The notes: generated by a model not told the origin, from the letters alone. A DNA stretch of 64,000 nt from Octopus bimaculoides (GCF_001194135.2 NC_068983.1:53734759-53798758); one strand, 5' to 3'; positions 26,914 through 39,630 are shown, counted from the stretch's first letter. Program-made: numbers and translations.

Positions 26914-27166
26914 GGGCATATGGCATAGTGGTTAAGAGCGCAGGCTACTAACCCTAAGATTCTAAGTTCGATTCCAAGCAGTGACCTGAACAACAACAAG
27001 AACACTAATAATAATAATAATAACATCGAAAAATACCTTAGGAATGAGGACCCAGGTTCGAAATTTCCCCAAGACACCTGAAGAAGGCTGGAGGGTATAT
27101 CAGCTGAAATGTTGTGTAAACAACAAACAAGATGAGGACAAATATTCATTGAATGTAAATAATGTA
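26914..27166 (+). mobile_element. Solo copy of the tRNA-head + hammerhead Penelope terminal repeat
   Basis: Collinear with 5590-5849; hammerhead-like core gacac-CUGAAGA-a-GGCUG..CAGCU-GAAAU-GUU-gtgt at 27073-27118. Confidence 0.78.
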
Positions 27167-27169
27167 CAG

Positions 27170-28182
27170 TAAATGTTGTTCTCTCACCCTATGGATAGTT
27201 GTACAACAGCAGCAACTATTTTTCGTGATATATCAAACTTCTTTCAGGAAAACAAACTTTCATGGGATTCGTTTGTAGGGGTGTGCACTGATGAAGCTCC
27301 AGCCATGCTTGGTCTGCAGTCTGGAGTCATTATTAGGGTGAGATAAAAAGATCCATCTGTTGTAGGTACCCACTGCATACTTCATCATGCACCCTAAGCA
27401 CCCTGAACATTACCTACTGAAATGAGAAATGTCCTGAATGTTGCTATCAAGGTCGTCAACTTTGTTAAAGGTGGAGCCTTAAACAGACGTCTTTTGAAAC
27501 TGTTGTGTAAAGATATGCAATCTGAACATGAAGCATTGCTTTTCGCATGAACATACAATGGCAATCAAAGGAGCACATGCTTGGACAACTTTATGAACTA
27601 CAAGAAGTAGCAATATTTCTAGTTTTTTAACAGAAGGCAGATCTCCATGACAAGTTCCATTCTGAAGGCTTTCAGCTATCTCTAGCTTACCTGATGAACA
27701 TCTTCGAAGTGTTGAATGCTCTCAACCTTAAACTATAAGGGAAAAACATCAATATTCTCACACACCAAGACACCTTTTGAACTTTCATAGCCAAACTTGA
27801 CTGCTGGAAATGTCGAATTCAGCAGGAAAATACAGCCAGTTTTAGTTATTTGGATTCTGCTCTCATTCACGGTAACCTTGATTCTGAGTTAAAGAAACAA
27901 ATAATCACTCATCGAACTGGCTTGAAAACAATTCATCAGATACTTCCCAGATATAGATGAAAAGCTTGGAAATTCATCAGGAACTCATTTCAGCATGAAG
28001 TAACTGATGTTTTTGATGAAGTGTGAGAGGAGTTTCTTGAGCTGAAGTTCAACTCCCTAGCTAAAGAAGACTTCAAAGTTTACCCTCTAATCTCACATCA
28101 GGCTTTTTGGATTTTACCTATGTTTGCATCCACATATCTTTGTGAAGCTGCATTTTCCATGCTCATTGCTGTCAAGACCAAG
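27170..28182 (+). mobile_element. Decayed hAT (Buster/Charlie-like) transposase
   Basis: GVCTDEAPAM, THCILH, VAIKVVNFVK.GALNRRL, FASTYLCEAAFS motifs with stops and frameshifts. Confidence 0.85.
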
Positions 28183-29364
28183 TATATATATCTTAATCTT
28201 TATTTTTATTATAGTAAAAACAATTTTACATTAAATTGAAGGATTACTCAATAGAGTACAAATTTATTATTCTTTAAGAATAGGATTGACAATGACTTCA
28301 AAGATTCGGTCACCTAAGCCATCATTGGGCTGTAAATCATTTAAGTCCATCTTGACTTTATATTATTTCTGGTAAGTTAAAATTTTCAAGGCTAACCTGA
28401 GTTCTGTTGAATAGTAATTGCGCTGCATGTTATGTTGTGGTAAGCTTGAATAGATAGCTTCAATTGAACAAACTTGGGCAAGTGCTAATGGTTAGAAGTT
28501 ATTCATGCATGTATATCTTTGTAATTAGGTATGTTTAAGTGTGTCATCTTCTGGTCAAAGGGTTTCACAAAAGATTTTAGTAAGGCTGTTAGTCAGCATA
28601 TGTGTTACATGGTTTTGCTGTTGCTGGTTTTATTTAGAAATTAATGAGATGTTTGCCTTTTGTTTTGAGAATGTGAAGGTTAAATCCTAGAGTTCAGTCC
28701 TGTGTTTTGAGCTTAGTATTAAGGTGTGTTAGCTTTTAAAAGATTGGTATTTAAAGGTTCACAAAAGAGTGTAGGTGAGTGGTGATGTTTATTTGTTTTG
28801 GTTTGGTAATAGTTATGGTTTGTGTTCCTGTTTATATTTAGTGAGTGTTGATTATGCTTAAGTATATCACAGTGATATTAGTATAGAAAATTTGTTAAGC
28901 AAATGTTTAACCCTTTGGCATTCAGATTACTCTATCAAATGTAATGCTTATTTATTCACATTGTTTTGAATTAATCCTGCACTATCTCATAGTTTTGAGA
29001 TTTCAATGATGTGGTTGTATATTTTTAGAATGAGACCGTCCAGAAGACTTACCGGAGATTCCAAAGTCGTATGTGGGTTGTGATTGAAGCCAATGGTGAT
29101 TTTATTGATTAAATTAACTCTTTAGTATTTCAAGGTATTTTTATACAATTTGGTAAATATATGTGTTAAAATGAGATGTCAGTGTTATTTTCATTTTTGC
29201 GTAATTTAGGTGATAGTTTATTCACTCCACCCTGTATATACACTTATATATGTATGCGTCTATCTATATGTATATGTGTATGTATGTATGCATGTGTATG
29301 TATGTATGTATGTATGTATGTATGTATGTGTGTGTGTGTATGTGTGTATGTATGTATGTATGTA

Positions 29365-29403
<39 letters not shown>

Positions 29404-30118
29404 GTGTATGCATGTTACTGTGTCCTTGCTTGATAGTAGTAAACACATGTCGCCATTGTCCTTCATTTGCAATATTTTGTGGAAACTTGTCTGGTCATAG
29501 GGCAAGTGTCTTCTACTGTAGCCTTGGGCCGACCAAAGCCTTGTGAGTAAATTTGGTAGACGGAAACTAAAGAAGCCTGTCGTGTATATATATATATATN
29601 NNNNNNNNNNNNNNNNNNNNNNNNNNNNNNNNNNNNNNNNNNNNNNNNNNNNNNNNNNNNNNNNNNNNNNNNNNNNNNNNNNNNNNNNNNNNNNNNNNNN
29701 NNNNNNNNNNNNNNNNNNNNNNNNNNNNNNNNNNNNNNNNNNNNNNNNNNNNNNATATATATGTGTGTATATGTATATGTATATGTATATATATGTGTGT
29801 GTGTATTTGTGTGTCTGTGTTTGTCCCCCCAACATCGCTTGACAACTGATGCTGGTGTGTTTACATCCCCATAACTTAGCGGTTTGGCAAAAGAGACCGA
29901 TAGAATAAGTACTAAGCTTCCAAAGAATAAGTCCTGGGGTCGATTTGCTCGACTAAAGGCGGTGCTCCAGCATGGCCGCAGTCAAATGACTGAAACAATT
30001 AAAAGAGTAAAAGAGAGAGAGAGAGAGACAAGAACAAAACAAAATAAGAGAGAAGAGAAAGAAAAAAAAAACTAGGATGGAAGCAAAATAGAAATACACC
30101 AACAACAATAAGTCTTAC

Positions 30119-30478
30119 CTCGTATACACTTGTCACACGCAATCGATAAAAAACTGGTGTAAACAAATGGGCAGCAGCCCCACAGACGAAAAAATAACTG
30201 ATTGCAATGTACCAATACATGGTTGTATAGCTGTACATCTCGGAAGGAGTTCCCAGTAAAGTGATGGCTGACATGAAGCTCGCAACGAGTGAAAGAGCCA
30301 CAGGAATTGGATTCATGTTGCCTCCTGCCAAGAGAAAGTCTTTTGTGTTTGTTTTCTTACGGTCTTTTATGGCATAGAAGATCCCAATGGATGCTGATAT
30401 CACCAACAGAAGAGCAAACATCACATAGTCGGGAGGAGAGAAAGTGTTTCTGTCCTTATCTAAGAAGCTGATACCCAT
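30119..30478 (-). CDS. SLC5A8-like: SLC5 sodium:solute symporter (SMCT/NIS/SMVT subfamily), coding exon 1 (120 aa, MGISFLDK...RVTSVYE)
   Basis: Translation has SLC5 motifs DY..FALLL.IS..IGIFYA, SLVASFMSAITLLGTPSE and PVFYRL. ATG at 30478-30476, GTAAG donor after 30119. A polypyrimidine tract plus CAG acceptor at 30486-30487 lies 7 nt before the ATG. Confidence 0.95.
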
Positions 30479-30496
30479 TGTGGAGCTGTAAAAGAG

Positions 30497-30514
30497 ATGA
30501 AAGAAAAAATAATA

Positions 30515-30574
<60 letters not shown>

Positions 30575-30648
30575 AAGAAGAAGAAGAAGAAGAAGAAGAA
30601 GAAGAAGAAGAAGAAGAAGAAGAAGAAGAAGAAGAAGAAGAAGAAGAA
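30497..30648. repeat. (AAT)n-(AAG)n compound microsatellite directly upstream of the coding-exon-1 acceptor
   Basis: Direct reading. Confidence 0.95.
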
Positions 30649-31323
30649 AACAACATCCATTCATGAATTTTTTTTTTTTTTAATACATATTTTACCTGTA
30701 AATTTGAGTGTGTAAACTGGGAATGCATACGAGTTTCTCTGCCCTAGGTGTATGGAAAACACGCGGCAAGAAATGGAAGAAAATTTGAAGAAAGAAGAAA
30801 ATAATAATAATAATAATCTTGATATAATATTGTCTTGGTATAAAAGATGCATGTACCTGGTGTACCCTTATCAGACAGGTAGTCATGATATACTGGGCTT
30901 CGTATATTTTACCCCAGTGTCACTTTGATGACATGCACTGCTCTCTCACTCAATAATAATAATAATAATAAAAATAATAATAATAATAATAGTATTAATA
31001 ATAATGATGAGAAAGTCAACATGAGCGGTACAGAGAAAATAGCAAAGTACCAGGACCTAGCCATTAAGTTACAGAAGAAGCTATGGAAAGTGCAGGTAAA
31101 ATGTATCCCTGTAGTTATAGGTGCGCTGGGAACTATCCCTAGAGATTTGAACAGATGGATAGAGGAAATAGGCATAAAACCTATTTTAGTGCCACTCCTG
31201 GAAATAGTAGTAATGAGGACAGCTAGGATACTTAGGAGGATTTTTGGCATCTAAGTTTACATGTTGTAGCCTAATGTTAGGAATTTTTCTTTTCCATCAA
31301 TCTAATCTGTTGTGCATATACAA

Positions 31324-31401
<78 letters not shown>

Positions 31402-32445
31402 CTCTAGGAATGATAAAAAATGGTACTGAAACCTATTTGAAAATGATACCAGGCTTACCATCCCTACAGGAAGTGCAAAAAATCGTGTTAACTGGAACGA
31501 CTCATGTACTGAGAAGAGCATTATCACAGTGAAAACAACATCCATTCATGAATTTTTTTTTTTTTTTTTTAAATACATATTTAACCTGTTAATTTGCGTG
31601 TGTAAACTGGAAATGCATACGAGTTTCTCTGCCCTAGGTGTACGGAAAACACTCGGTGAGAAATGGAAGAAAATTTGAAGAAAGAAGATAAAAAACAACA
31701 TAATAATAATAATAATAGTGAGATGGACAACTGAACTGACATCTTACAGAAAAGGCTTGAGCACCCTGGGTATCAGAAGAAGGATTTTCCAGGGTGACAG
31801 CTAATCTCCATTGCTTTTTGTTCTCTGCATGACACCCCTGACTTTGGTACTTGGAAAATGAACCTAGGGTACTAACTACAGGAAAAATCCCAAGCAATCA
31901 ACCTCCTTTTCATGGATGATCTGAAATTGTATGGCAAAGATGAGACATAAGTGAGTTCCTTGGTGAATACAGTCCACTTTTTTAGTACTGATATTAGAAT
32001 GGAATTTGGGCACAAAAAGAGTGGAATAATCTACCTAAAAAGGGGCAAGGTATGGTTCCTAGAAGGGACAGAATTACCCAGCAGAGACTTGATTAAACAA
32101 ATTGAAACAGAAAGATACAAATACTTTGGTGTATTAGAGTTGAATAAGAGAATGGAAAAGGAAATGAAAGAGCAACTGAGGATGGAGTATTTCCAAAGAC
32201 TGAGGTTGGTATTGCACTCAGAATTGATTGGAGTTAATACGTGGGTGATAGCATCACTTTGGTATGGAGCAGGAATTACAAAATGGCAAATGAGAGAAGT
32301 GAAGAAAATGGATACCAGAAAAATGTTGACAGTCCATGGAACCTCCCACCTTAAGAGTGATACCAATAGGCTGTACTTGTCCAGAAGAAAGGGTGGGAGA
32401 GGTTTGATCAGTTGTCAGGAAAACAGCTTACGGTGGTATGTAAAA
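30649..32445 (+). mobile_element. Cluster of R4/Dong-like RLE LINE fragments interleaved with (AAT)n
   Basis: EKIAKYQDLA..L.K.W.V.V.CIPVVIGALGTIP (RLE C-terminus, 31000-31254); second RLE 3' end at about 31420-31530; RT piece LLFMDDLKLYGK...DIRMEFG (31890-32440); 3' UTR duplicated at 30649-30820 and 31533-31715. Confidence 0.78.
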
Positions 32446-33959
32446 AAATGCACATGCTTATTTTGCTTAATGGTTAATCCAGCACTGCCTGAAAAGACAA
32501 ATGGCAAAGTGAACCTCAGTAGAATTTGAACACAGAAAACAAAGAGCCAGAAATACCACAAAGCGTTTTCCCAATGCTGTATTCCCTTTACTTTCCCACT
32601 TCCTTACTCCCTTATGACCCCATAAAACAATTTTATCATTGAAACCAACAATAGTTACATATGTGCTACAGATTAATTAGAAACCATCTTCTCCTCTATG
32701 TGGTTGATTAAAACTATTGACAAAGGACAATACTTGGTTGGTGAAATTACTAAATATATTACTTGAATTCAGACCAGGATATTACAATGCATGAAAAGCT
32801 ACTGTGATAAGAAGCAAATTAATTAAGTGTGAGAATGTTAAATAGGATCTAGAAACTGAAATCAGGGAATTAGGACAGAACTCCTGAACTACCCTTACAA
32901 AATACATGTGAGTAATTAAAAATGCGAGAGAAAATGCACTGAAATGACGGAATAATTTAGGAAAGAGGACTTCAGAACAGTAGAAACACTGAACTCAATA
33001 TTAGAAATGAGATATATATATATATAAATATATATATATAAATATATATATAAAAGTACTAGCCATCCCAGTTGATAAACTAAGACTTCAGTATGATAAA
33101 ATGGATTAGAAAATAACTATTTTTAAATCTCACAACATGAGATATTCAGCAACAGTACTTTGTAGTAAAGATTGTTTGCCAGCTGGAGACGATGTCTCCT
33201 GGGGTTAAATTACAGCAACATTCATCCTAAACCAGGACTGCCATGTTATGTTGGCAAACAATCTTTACAATAAAATGGTAAAGCACTTGACATGTAATCA
33301 CAGGGATGTGAGTTCGAGTCTCATGGCTGGTCAATAATGTATTTTTCTGCAATGTATGGATAATTTATCCTGATCACGCTATTTTAGTAGCATTATCACG
33401 TGTTTCAGAATAAAAAACAATTTATTTCTGTATCTTTCAATACATCTCAACGCTTTTAAAACAAACTTTGTTTACTTTCATCGTAATAAAATGGATGTTT
33501 AACACATAAAGCACGATGAGCTATGATTGTCGCCATCAAGCACAGGTTGACAGGCCACTATCATGGCCCAGATGGATGCATTTAATATATGGGCATTTGT
33601 TGGGGGTCTAATGTCACTCAAACGCTCCGATAACCCCCAGCTGATGTAAAATCTGCCACTATTACATACTACGAAGATATTCTAACTATTTTTTGTTTTT
33701 TATGTGTGCATGGTAGTCTCACTTTCATAAAATGTGCTCAGCAGTCCATACTATGTGAGTGCAAATCCCAGTGCTTTATTGGTTAACTAAGAGAAAGATC
33801 TTGAACAAGAAAATTGGTGGGGTCAGTAAATAAAGACAGTATTATTAATAATTCAAGCACTAGGTATGACAAAGAATATGAAATTAAACATAAAAAAACC
33901 TACCACGGGTTACAGCTTGTCATTCAGTTTGAGAATTAGCTCAGTTAATCATCACATAT

Positions 33960-34335
33960 CCATCATAATAACCCTTCACGATATGATGGTGTTGCTACTA
34001 TACACCCAGACGTCATGGACCACATCCAGAGAAGGTTCATTCGAGTGACTGGTATTCAATCACCAAGAGACATACTCCAACCTCTGACTCACAGACATGC
34101 TGTGTTTTTGTCCTTTCTGTAGCTACTATTATGATTTCTGCTCCTTGAAGCTAGCTAGTCTCATATCTCCACCACCTGGGTAACCCCAACCTTCTTGTAT
34201 TCATCTCTCCAACTTTTGTCACCCACATTGTATCCACCCCACCTTCAGCCTCACACTAACAACTATGCTCAGTTCTTCCTCCAGAAAATATCATCCTGCT
34301 GAAACCTTCTCTTTACTTGTGTCTTTCTTGCTGTT
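33960..34335 (+). mobile_element. Highly decayed CR1-like LINE 3' fragment
   Basis: Weak similarity only (AASSTRKTQ-type 3' segment). Confidence 0.35.
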
Positions 34336-36972
34336 GTTGACCTGCAGCTGTTTAGGAACATTAGTACCGTTGCATACACTGGTCTCAGAAAGCCTACAAA
34401 AGCCATAGACACTGTTCCTTTTTCTAGACTCAGCAAGTAGAAACAAACATAAATTCTATAACGCAGTCTAACACAGTCATCATACAATAAAATAATACAA
34501 CATATATAATACATAATCAACATCTAGTACTGTAAAATACCCCACGGACAAACAACTTATATAACTGAGTCAAATTCTATACCAAACATGAGCAGTCTTT
34601 TTTGAGAAGTAAGCTGTAGGAGATGTGGTTCATCATTAGGTGGGCCACACTGCTAAGAAAATACAAAGTAATTTTTTTGTTAGGCATTCCATTCAGAATG
34701 TCCCACAGGCCACAGTTTGCCCATTACTGCTCTACAAATATTGCCTGATAATACAGCACAAAACCCAAAGGTCATACTCTTTGACGATCACTACCCAATA
34801 CAATACTTACAAAATATAATTGACTCATGATAAATAAAATATCCCATACACAACCAACTCATACGACTGAGTCATATTCCATAGAAATGTTACCTAATAA
34901 TGTAACATGATCATTAAGATCATGTTCTACAGAGTCACAACCCAATAAAACATGACGTATAGTTGTCACATTATCAACACCTGATGTTATAATATAACCT
35001 ACACACCAGTAACAATTCACAGAAATTCTATTCAACATACACTTTCCAAAGAGTAAATATAATACAATAAGCACAAGGCATTCAACACAATCACCACCAG
35101 TCATTAACTCGCACATTATACATTTCAAGCAGAACATATAAAACACATTCCAAGCAAAATAATATAATTTGCGTGACACATACACAACATTGACAACATT
35201 GTATAAAAGCATATACAATGAAATGAAGAAGCACAAAAGTAATGCAATAAACAAGAAAACAAACTTCTCCACAATGCAAAAAAGATTTTGTATACACAAC
35301 TATAGACCCAGAAAGGACAATAGTAAACATACTTTAGGAGTATAGAGGGGTACATGATGATGCAATAATAAAAAGGTGCATGAAATTGTTTAAAACACAA
35401 TGATAGGAGAAATTATGATAAACACAAGTTTATATTATTTGGTCACTACATACGTTTCAACATTGTGGTTGCTTAGAGTTACAGCATTGAATGTTCCAAG
35501 AGTAAGTGGATGTTGAACCAAAATGTGTCACCAGAGGAACACTTTATCGAATTAGATCCTTCCCAAGTCATATAGGCTCATAAGAGCCAGTTTTCCCAGC
35601 TTCTATGACATATCTTTCCTCACTGGACTGGACATTAATCTGTCACAGGATGACTCTTTTTTGCTGGCTGAGTGGATTGGAGCAACATGAAATTAAGTGT
35701 TTTGCTCAAAAACACAACTTACCACCTGTTTCAGGAATCGAAACCACAATTTTACAATTATGAGTCCAACACCCTAACCACTAAGCCATGAACCTCCACT
35801 TCCTTCAGTAATTTACAGAGATTAAACGCCTAAAACACGATGATATCAACAAGTGGCACACTAGCAGAATCATTAGCATGTCGGACAAAATGCTTTTCAG
35901 CATTTCTTCTGGCTCTTTACATTCTGAGTTCAAATTCTGCAAAAGCCAATCAAATAAGTATCAGCCAAACAGTGAGATTAATGTAATTATCTTATCCTCT
36001 TTTTTAAAATTGTTGGTCTCATGCCAAAATTTGAAAGCAATGAAGAAAACAAAAATAACACTAATAATAGTTTCTGATTTAGGCACAAGGCCAGAAATTT
36101 TAAGGGGAGGGCAGTAGTCCATACCATTGACACCAATATTTTTATTCACCTTAAAGGGATGAAAGTACAGTTGACCTTGGCAATATTTGAACTCAGAGTA
36201 TAGAACCAGCTGAATTTTCTGAAAATATGTTGCCAGATGCTCTAATAATATTGCCAGCGATAATAATAGCTTCTAATATCAGCACAAGGTTGATACTTCA
36301 TTGTCAGAACATTAAAAGGTTATTGAAAAGAAGGCAAAGCGGAAAAGCAAAATTGACCTCAGTGGAAATTGAACTTAGATTCTGCCAGCTCCCCCACCTT
36401 ATCCACCTTAATTAATCTGTTCTATTATAGGCACAAGGTCTGAAATCTGGGTGGGGGTTACTCGATTTCATCCATCAATCCCAATGCGTAATTGGTACTT
36501 ATTTAATCGACCCTGAAAGGATGAAATGCAAAGTCGATCCCGGCGAAATTTGAACTCAGAACGTAGCGGCAGATGAAATACCGCTAACCAATTCTTCGGC
36601 GTGCTAACAATTTTGCCATCTCACCGCTTTTAACCACCTTTATTAATGAGAAGACATATTAAATAATATAGTTTTAAAGGTTCCTAGAAAACTAGCTGGT
36701 CATGGCTGGAATACCTCTGATCATAAATTTGTTCGATGAGGGCTGAGCTGGAGTTAATAACAACAGCATCAGATGTCTTAAATGTTTAGCCACTCTCTCA
36801 ACTCATTTCTACTTCACTTTTCATCTAAGTTAATGTCTTGTCTACTCATCTATATTAAACGTCTCGCGAGACCGTCCATATTCAATATCCGAATCTCTAC
36901 CGAACATCTTCGCACACTTTTCACATAGTTTATACTGTCTGCCCTTTATTACTTTGCCTGTATAAGCAGAAG

Positions 36973-37355
36973 AGTGGAGGTGCAATGGCCCAGTGGTTAG
37001 GGTAACGGACTCGCGGTCATAGGATCGCGGTTTCGATTCCCAGACAGGGCGTTGTGAGTGTTTATTTAGCAAAATCACCTAAAGCTCCATGAGGCTCCGG
37101 CAGGGGATGGTGACGAACCCTGCTGTACTCTTTCACCACAACTTTCTCTCACTCTTACTTCCTGTTTCTGTTGTGCCTGTAATTCAAAGGTCCAGCCTTG
37201 TCACACTGTGTCACGCTGAATCTCCCCAAGAACTACATTTAGGGTACACGTGTCTGTGGAGTGCTCAGCCACTTTCACGTTAATTTCACGAGCAGGCTGT
37301 TCCGTTGATCGGATCAACTGGAACCCTCGACGTCGTAAGTGACGGAGTGCCAACA
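36973..37355 (+). mobile_element. SINE family C, CpG-retaining full copy
   Basis: GGAGGTGCAATGGCCCAGTGGTTAGG head, GGTTTCGATTCC B box; homologous to 10845-11152 and 59615-60140. Confidence 0.8.
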
Positions 37356-38688
37356 AATAAGCAGAAGCTCCATGAATTTCTTCAACAATGTTCTTTCTCA
37401 AAGTGCTCTCAATTTGCTACAATTACAACCACGCTAATCAAATAAGGTAAGTGATACTAAATAGCAAATTTACGTTCATAAATTTATTTCACTGATTCCT
37501 CTTTTGCTATAGGTAACTATATAAAAGCTTATGTTCTGTTTATTTCACATTACAATAATATTTATAATCTGATAGTAAACAACAGAATACTACCGACCCT
37601 TCGTTTCGTATCTCTAGCTTTATGTGATTTCTTTAATAATGATTAGATTTCTTCTTTCTAATTAAATAAACTACGTGTTTATGCATATACATGATGCGCT
37701 AAGGGTACGAGAAAATATAAATGAGAATGTATTCTGTTTTATTTAGTTCATTGACACCAATATATTAAGACAAAATACATCAGTATAAATAATGTAAGTA
37801 TTAACAAAGAAAAAATTCTGAATTTCGTTAGAATAATTGGTTTTAAGCTGTCTTTTAAAAGCTACAAACTTTGTTAAGTTACGAAATAAATCATTTTAAT
37901 CTTTATATCGAAGCTATAATAAATGTGTCAACCAACAGATAAGTAGTTGGGTCCCATCAAAACAGTAAGAATTAGGGTTGTGTTCGGTTGAACTGTCATT
38001 GGAACCCGGCAACCTTTCGACAGAAGCATGCGGGATATAAAATGAAAATATGTCAATAAAAGTAGGTATATGTAGACGGTGAATTAAAAGTGTTTTCACA
38101 ATAAGTAAATAGGAAAGCAGATTATCAACAACTGTAAAACCATCAAACCTAGACATTAAAGTATTGCTGAGTAAAATAGTACCCGAAAACAGGGTGCAAC
38201 CATACTGGTAAGAACGACAGACGATATGTAAAACACGGGGGAAAACAATGACTATTTTGTTCAATATTTTCATGTTTATATTCCACAAACAGTAAATTAG
38301 CGACCGATTGAGAGCAATTGACTGTGGTACCAAACACTGAAGCAATAAAACATTCAATGTAAGATTTAGAATGCGAATTAAAATACCAACTGAGATTCTT
38401 TAGCTGTCAGTTGAGCAAATGAAAGAATTTTCTCTTATCAAAATACGAAATTAAACCGTGAAACAGTAACAAATTATTTCTTTGAAAACAGATTTCATTA
38501 AAGAAAGAAGCTGTTGATGTTATTTACAAATTGCCAGCGCGGCGAGCTTATTGAATCGTTCACACACGGGACAAAATGCTTAGCGGCATTTCTAGCTGAA
38601 CGACATTCAAATGCCGCCAAGGTCGTCTTTGTCTTTGATTCTTTTGAGGTCCATAAAATAAGAACAACTTGAACACTGGGGTCGATGT

Positions 38689-38839
38689 AGGTAAATTTTC
38701 AGATTAACACCCGCACGATTTTCACTAGGGTGTTAGGGTTAGAGAATTCTGTCCCTAACCCTAACCCTAACTGTAACCCTAAACCCTAACCCTAACATCC
38801 TAGTGAAAATCGTGCGGGTATTAATCTGAAAATTTACCT
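38689..38839. mobile_element. 151-bp foldback element with telomere-type (CCCTAA)n core, inserted in a family B SINE
   Basis: About 54-bp near-perfect TIRs AGGTAAATTTTCAGATTAA...; flanks CGATGT / TGATGT (6-bp TSD-like). Confidence 0.8.
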
Positions 38840-38964
38840 TGATGTAATTGACTAGCCCCCTCCCACCAAATTTCAGGCATTGTCCCTCGAGTAGAAAGGA
38901 TTATTTACAAATTGTTGACGAAAGTGATTTGTAAATAGAAAGAATATCGCAACAGAAATTTATC

Positions 38965-39420
38965 TATCCATGGGCGGACCCACCAAAAGCATTCCATGCT
39001 TCTTTTTTAGTGCCAGACATGGTCTCCAAAAATAGCTCGTCCTGCGACAGTCACCTAATATGTGGCCCATCAAACACTCCAACCTTATTTTTCTCACACG
39101 ACAAAGCTGGAAACTTTCTGCTTAAGTATTTGAAGCAGTCACTGCCTCAGTGTTTCAACACATGTTTTACACACTATATGGGATGCCAAAGCTTTGTCTT
39201 GTCTCCCAGTTTCATGCTAAAGTAAGTAAAGAAGTAAGCTAAGCTTTCTTCCCAAAATCTGTGACACAATTTATTTTTGTACCTCTAAGAATACACGTAC
39301 TTCGTTTAGTGAAAGCCTGCTTTAATAATTAAATCTGAGTAATTAACGATTAGTTTCTTTAATCATTAGATCTTAAATAAACTGCTAAGGTGTTTTCTCT
39401 CACCCACATGATTTTTGTGT
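38965..39420 (-). mobile_element. Possible DNA-transposon relic, superfamily uncertain
   Basis: Decayed minus-strand peptides resembling LGDQDK.W.P..VCK.CVE and K.GVFDGP.IR. Confidence 0.35.
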
Positions 39421-39630
39421 GTATGTATTTTTTCTTTTCTTTTACTTGTTTCAGTCATTTGACTGGAGCACTGCCTTTAGTCGAACAAATCGACCCCAGG
39501 ACTTATTCTTTGTAAGCCTAGTACTTATTCTATCGGTCACTTTTGCCAAACCACTAAGTTACGGAGACGTAAATACATCAACATCAGTTGTCAAGCAAAG
39601 GTGAGGGGAGAAATACAGACACCCAAATAC

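Noticed and set aside
29999-30664. 221-aa ORF with a long poly-Leu/Ile N-terminus
   Set aside because: The N-terminus is the (CTT)n/(ATT)n intron tract; the real exon starts at the acceptor at 30485 and ends at the donor at 30119.
34859-35400. Hydrophobic minus-strand ORFs as a membrane protein or mitochondrial insert
   Set aside because: They are explained by T/G strand skew, with no recognisable motif.
37914-38357. 147-aa minus-strand ORF
   Set aside because: It has a non-ATG start, no recognisable domain and no supported splice sites.
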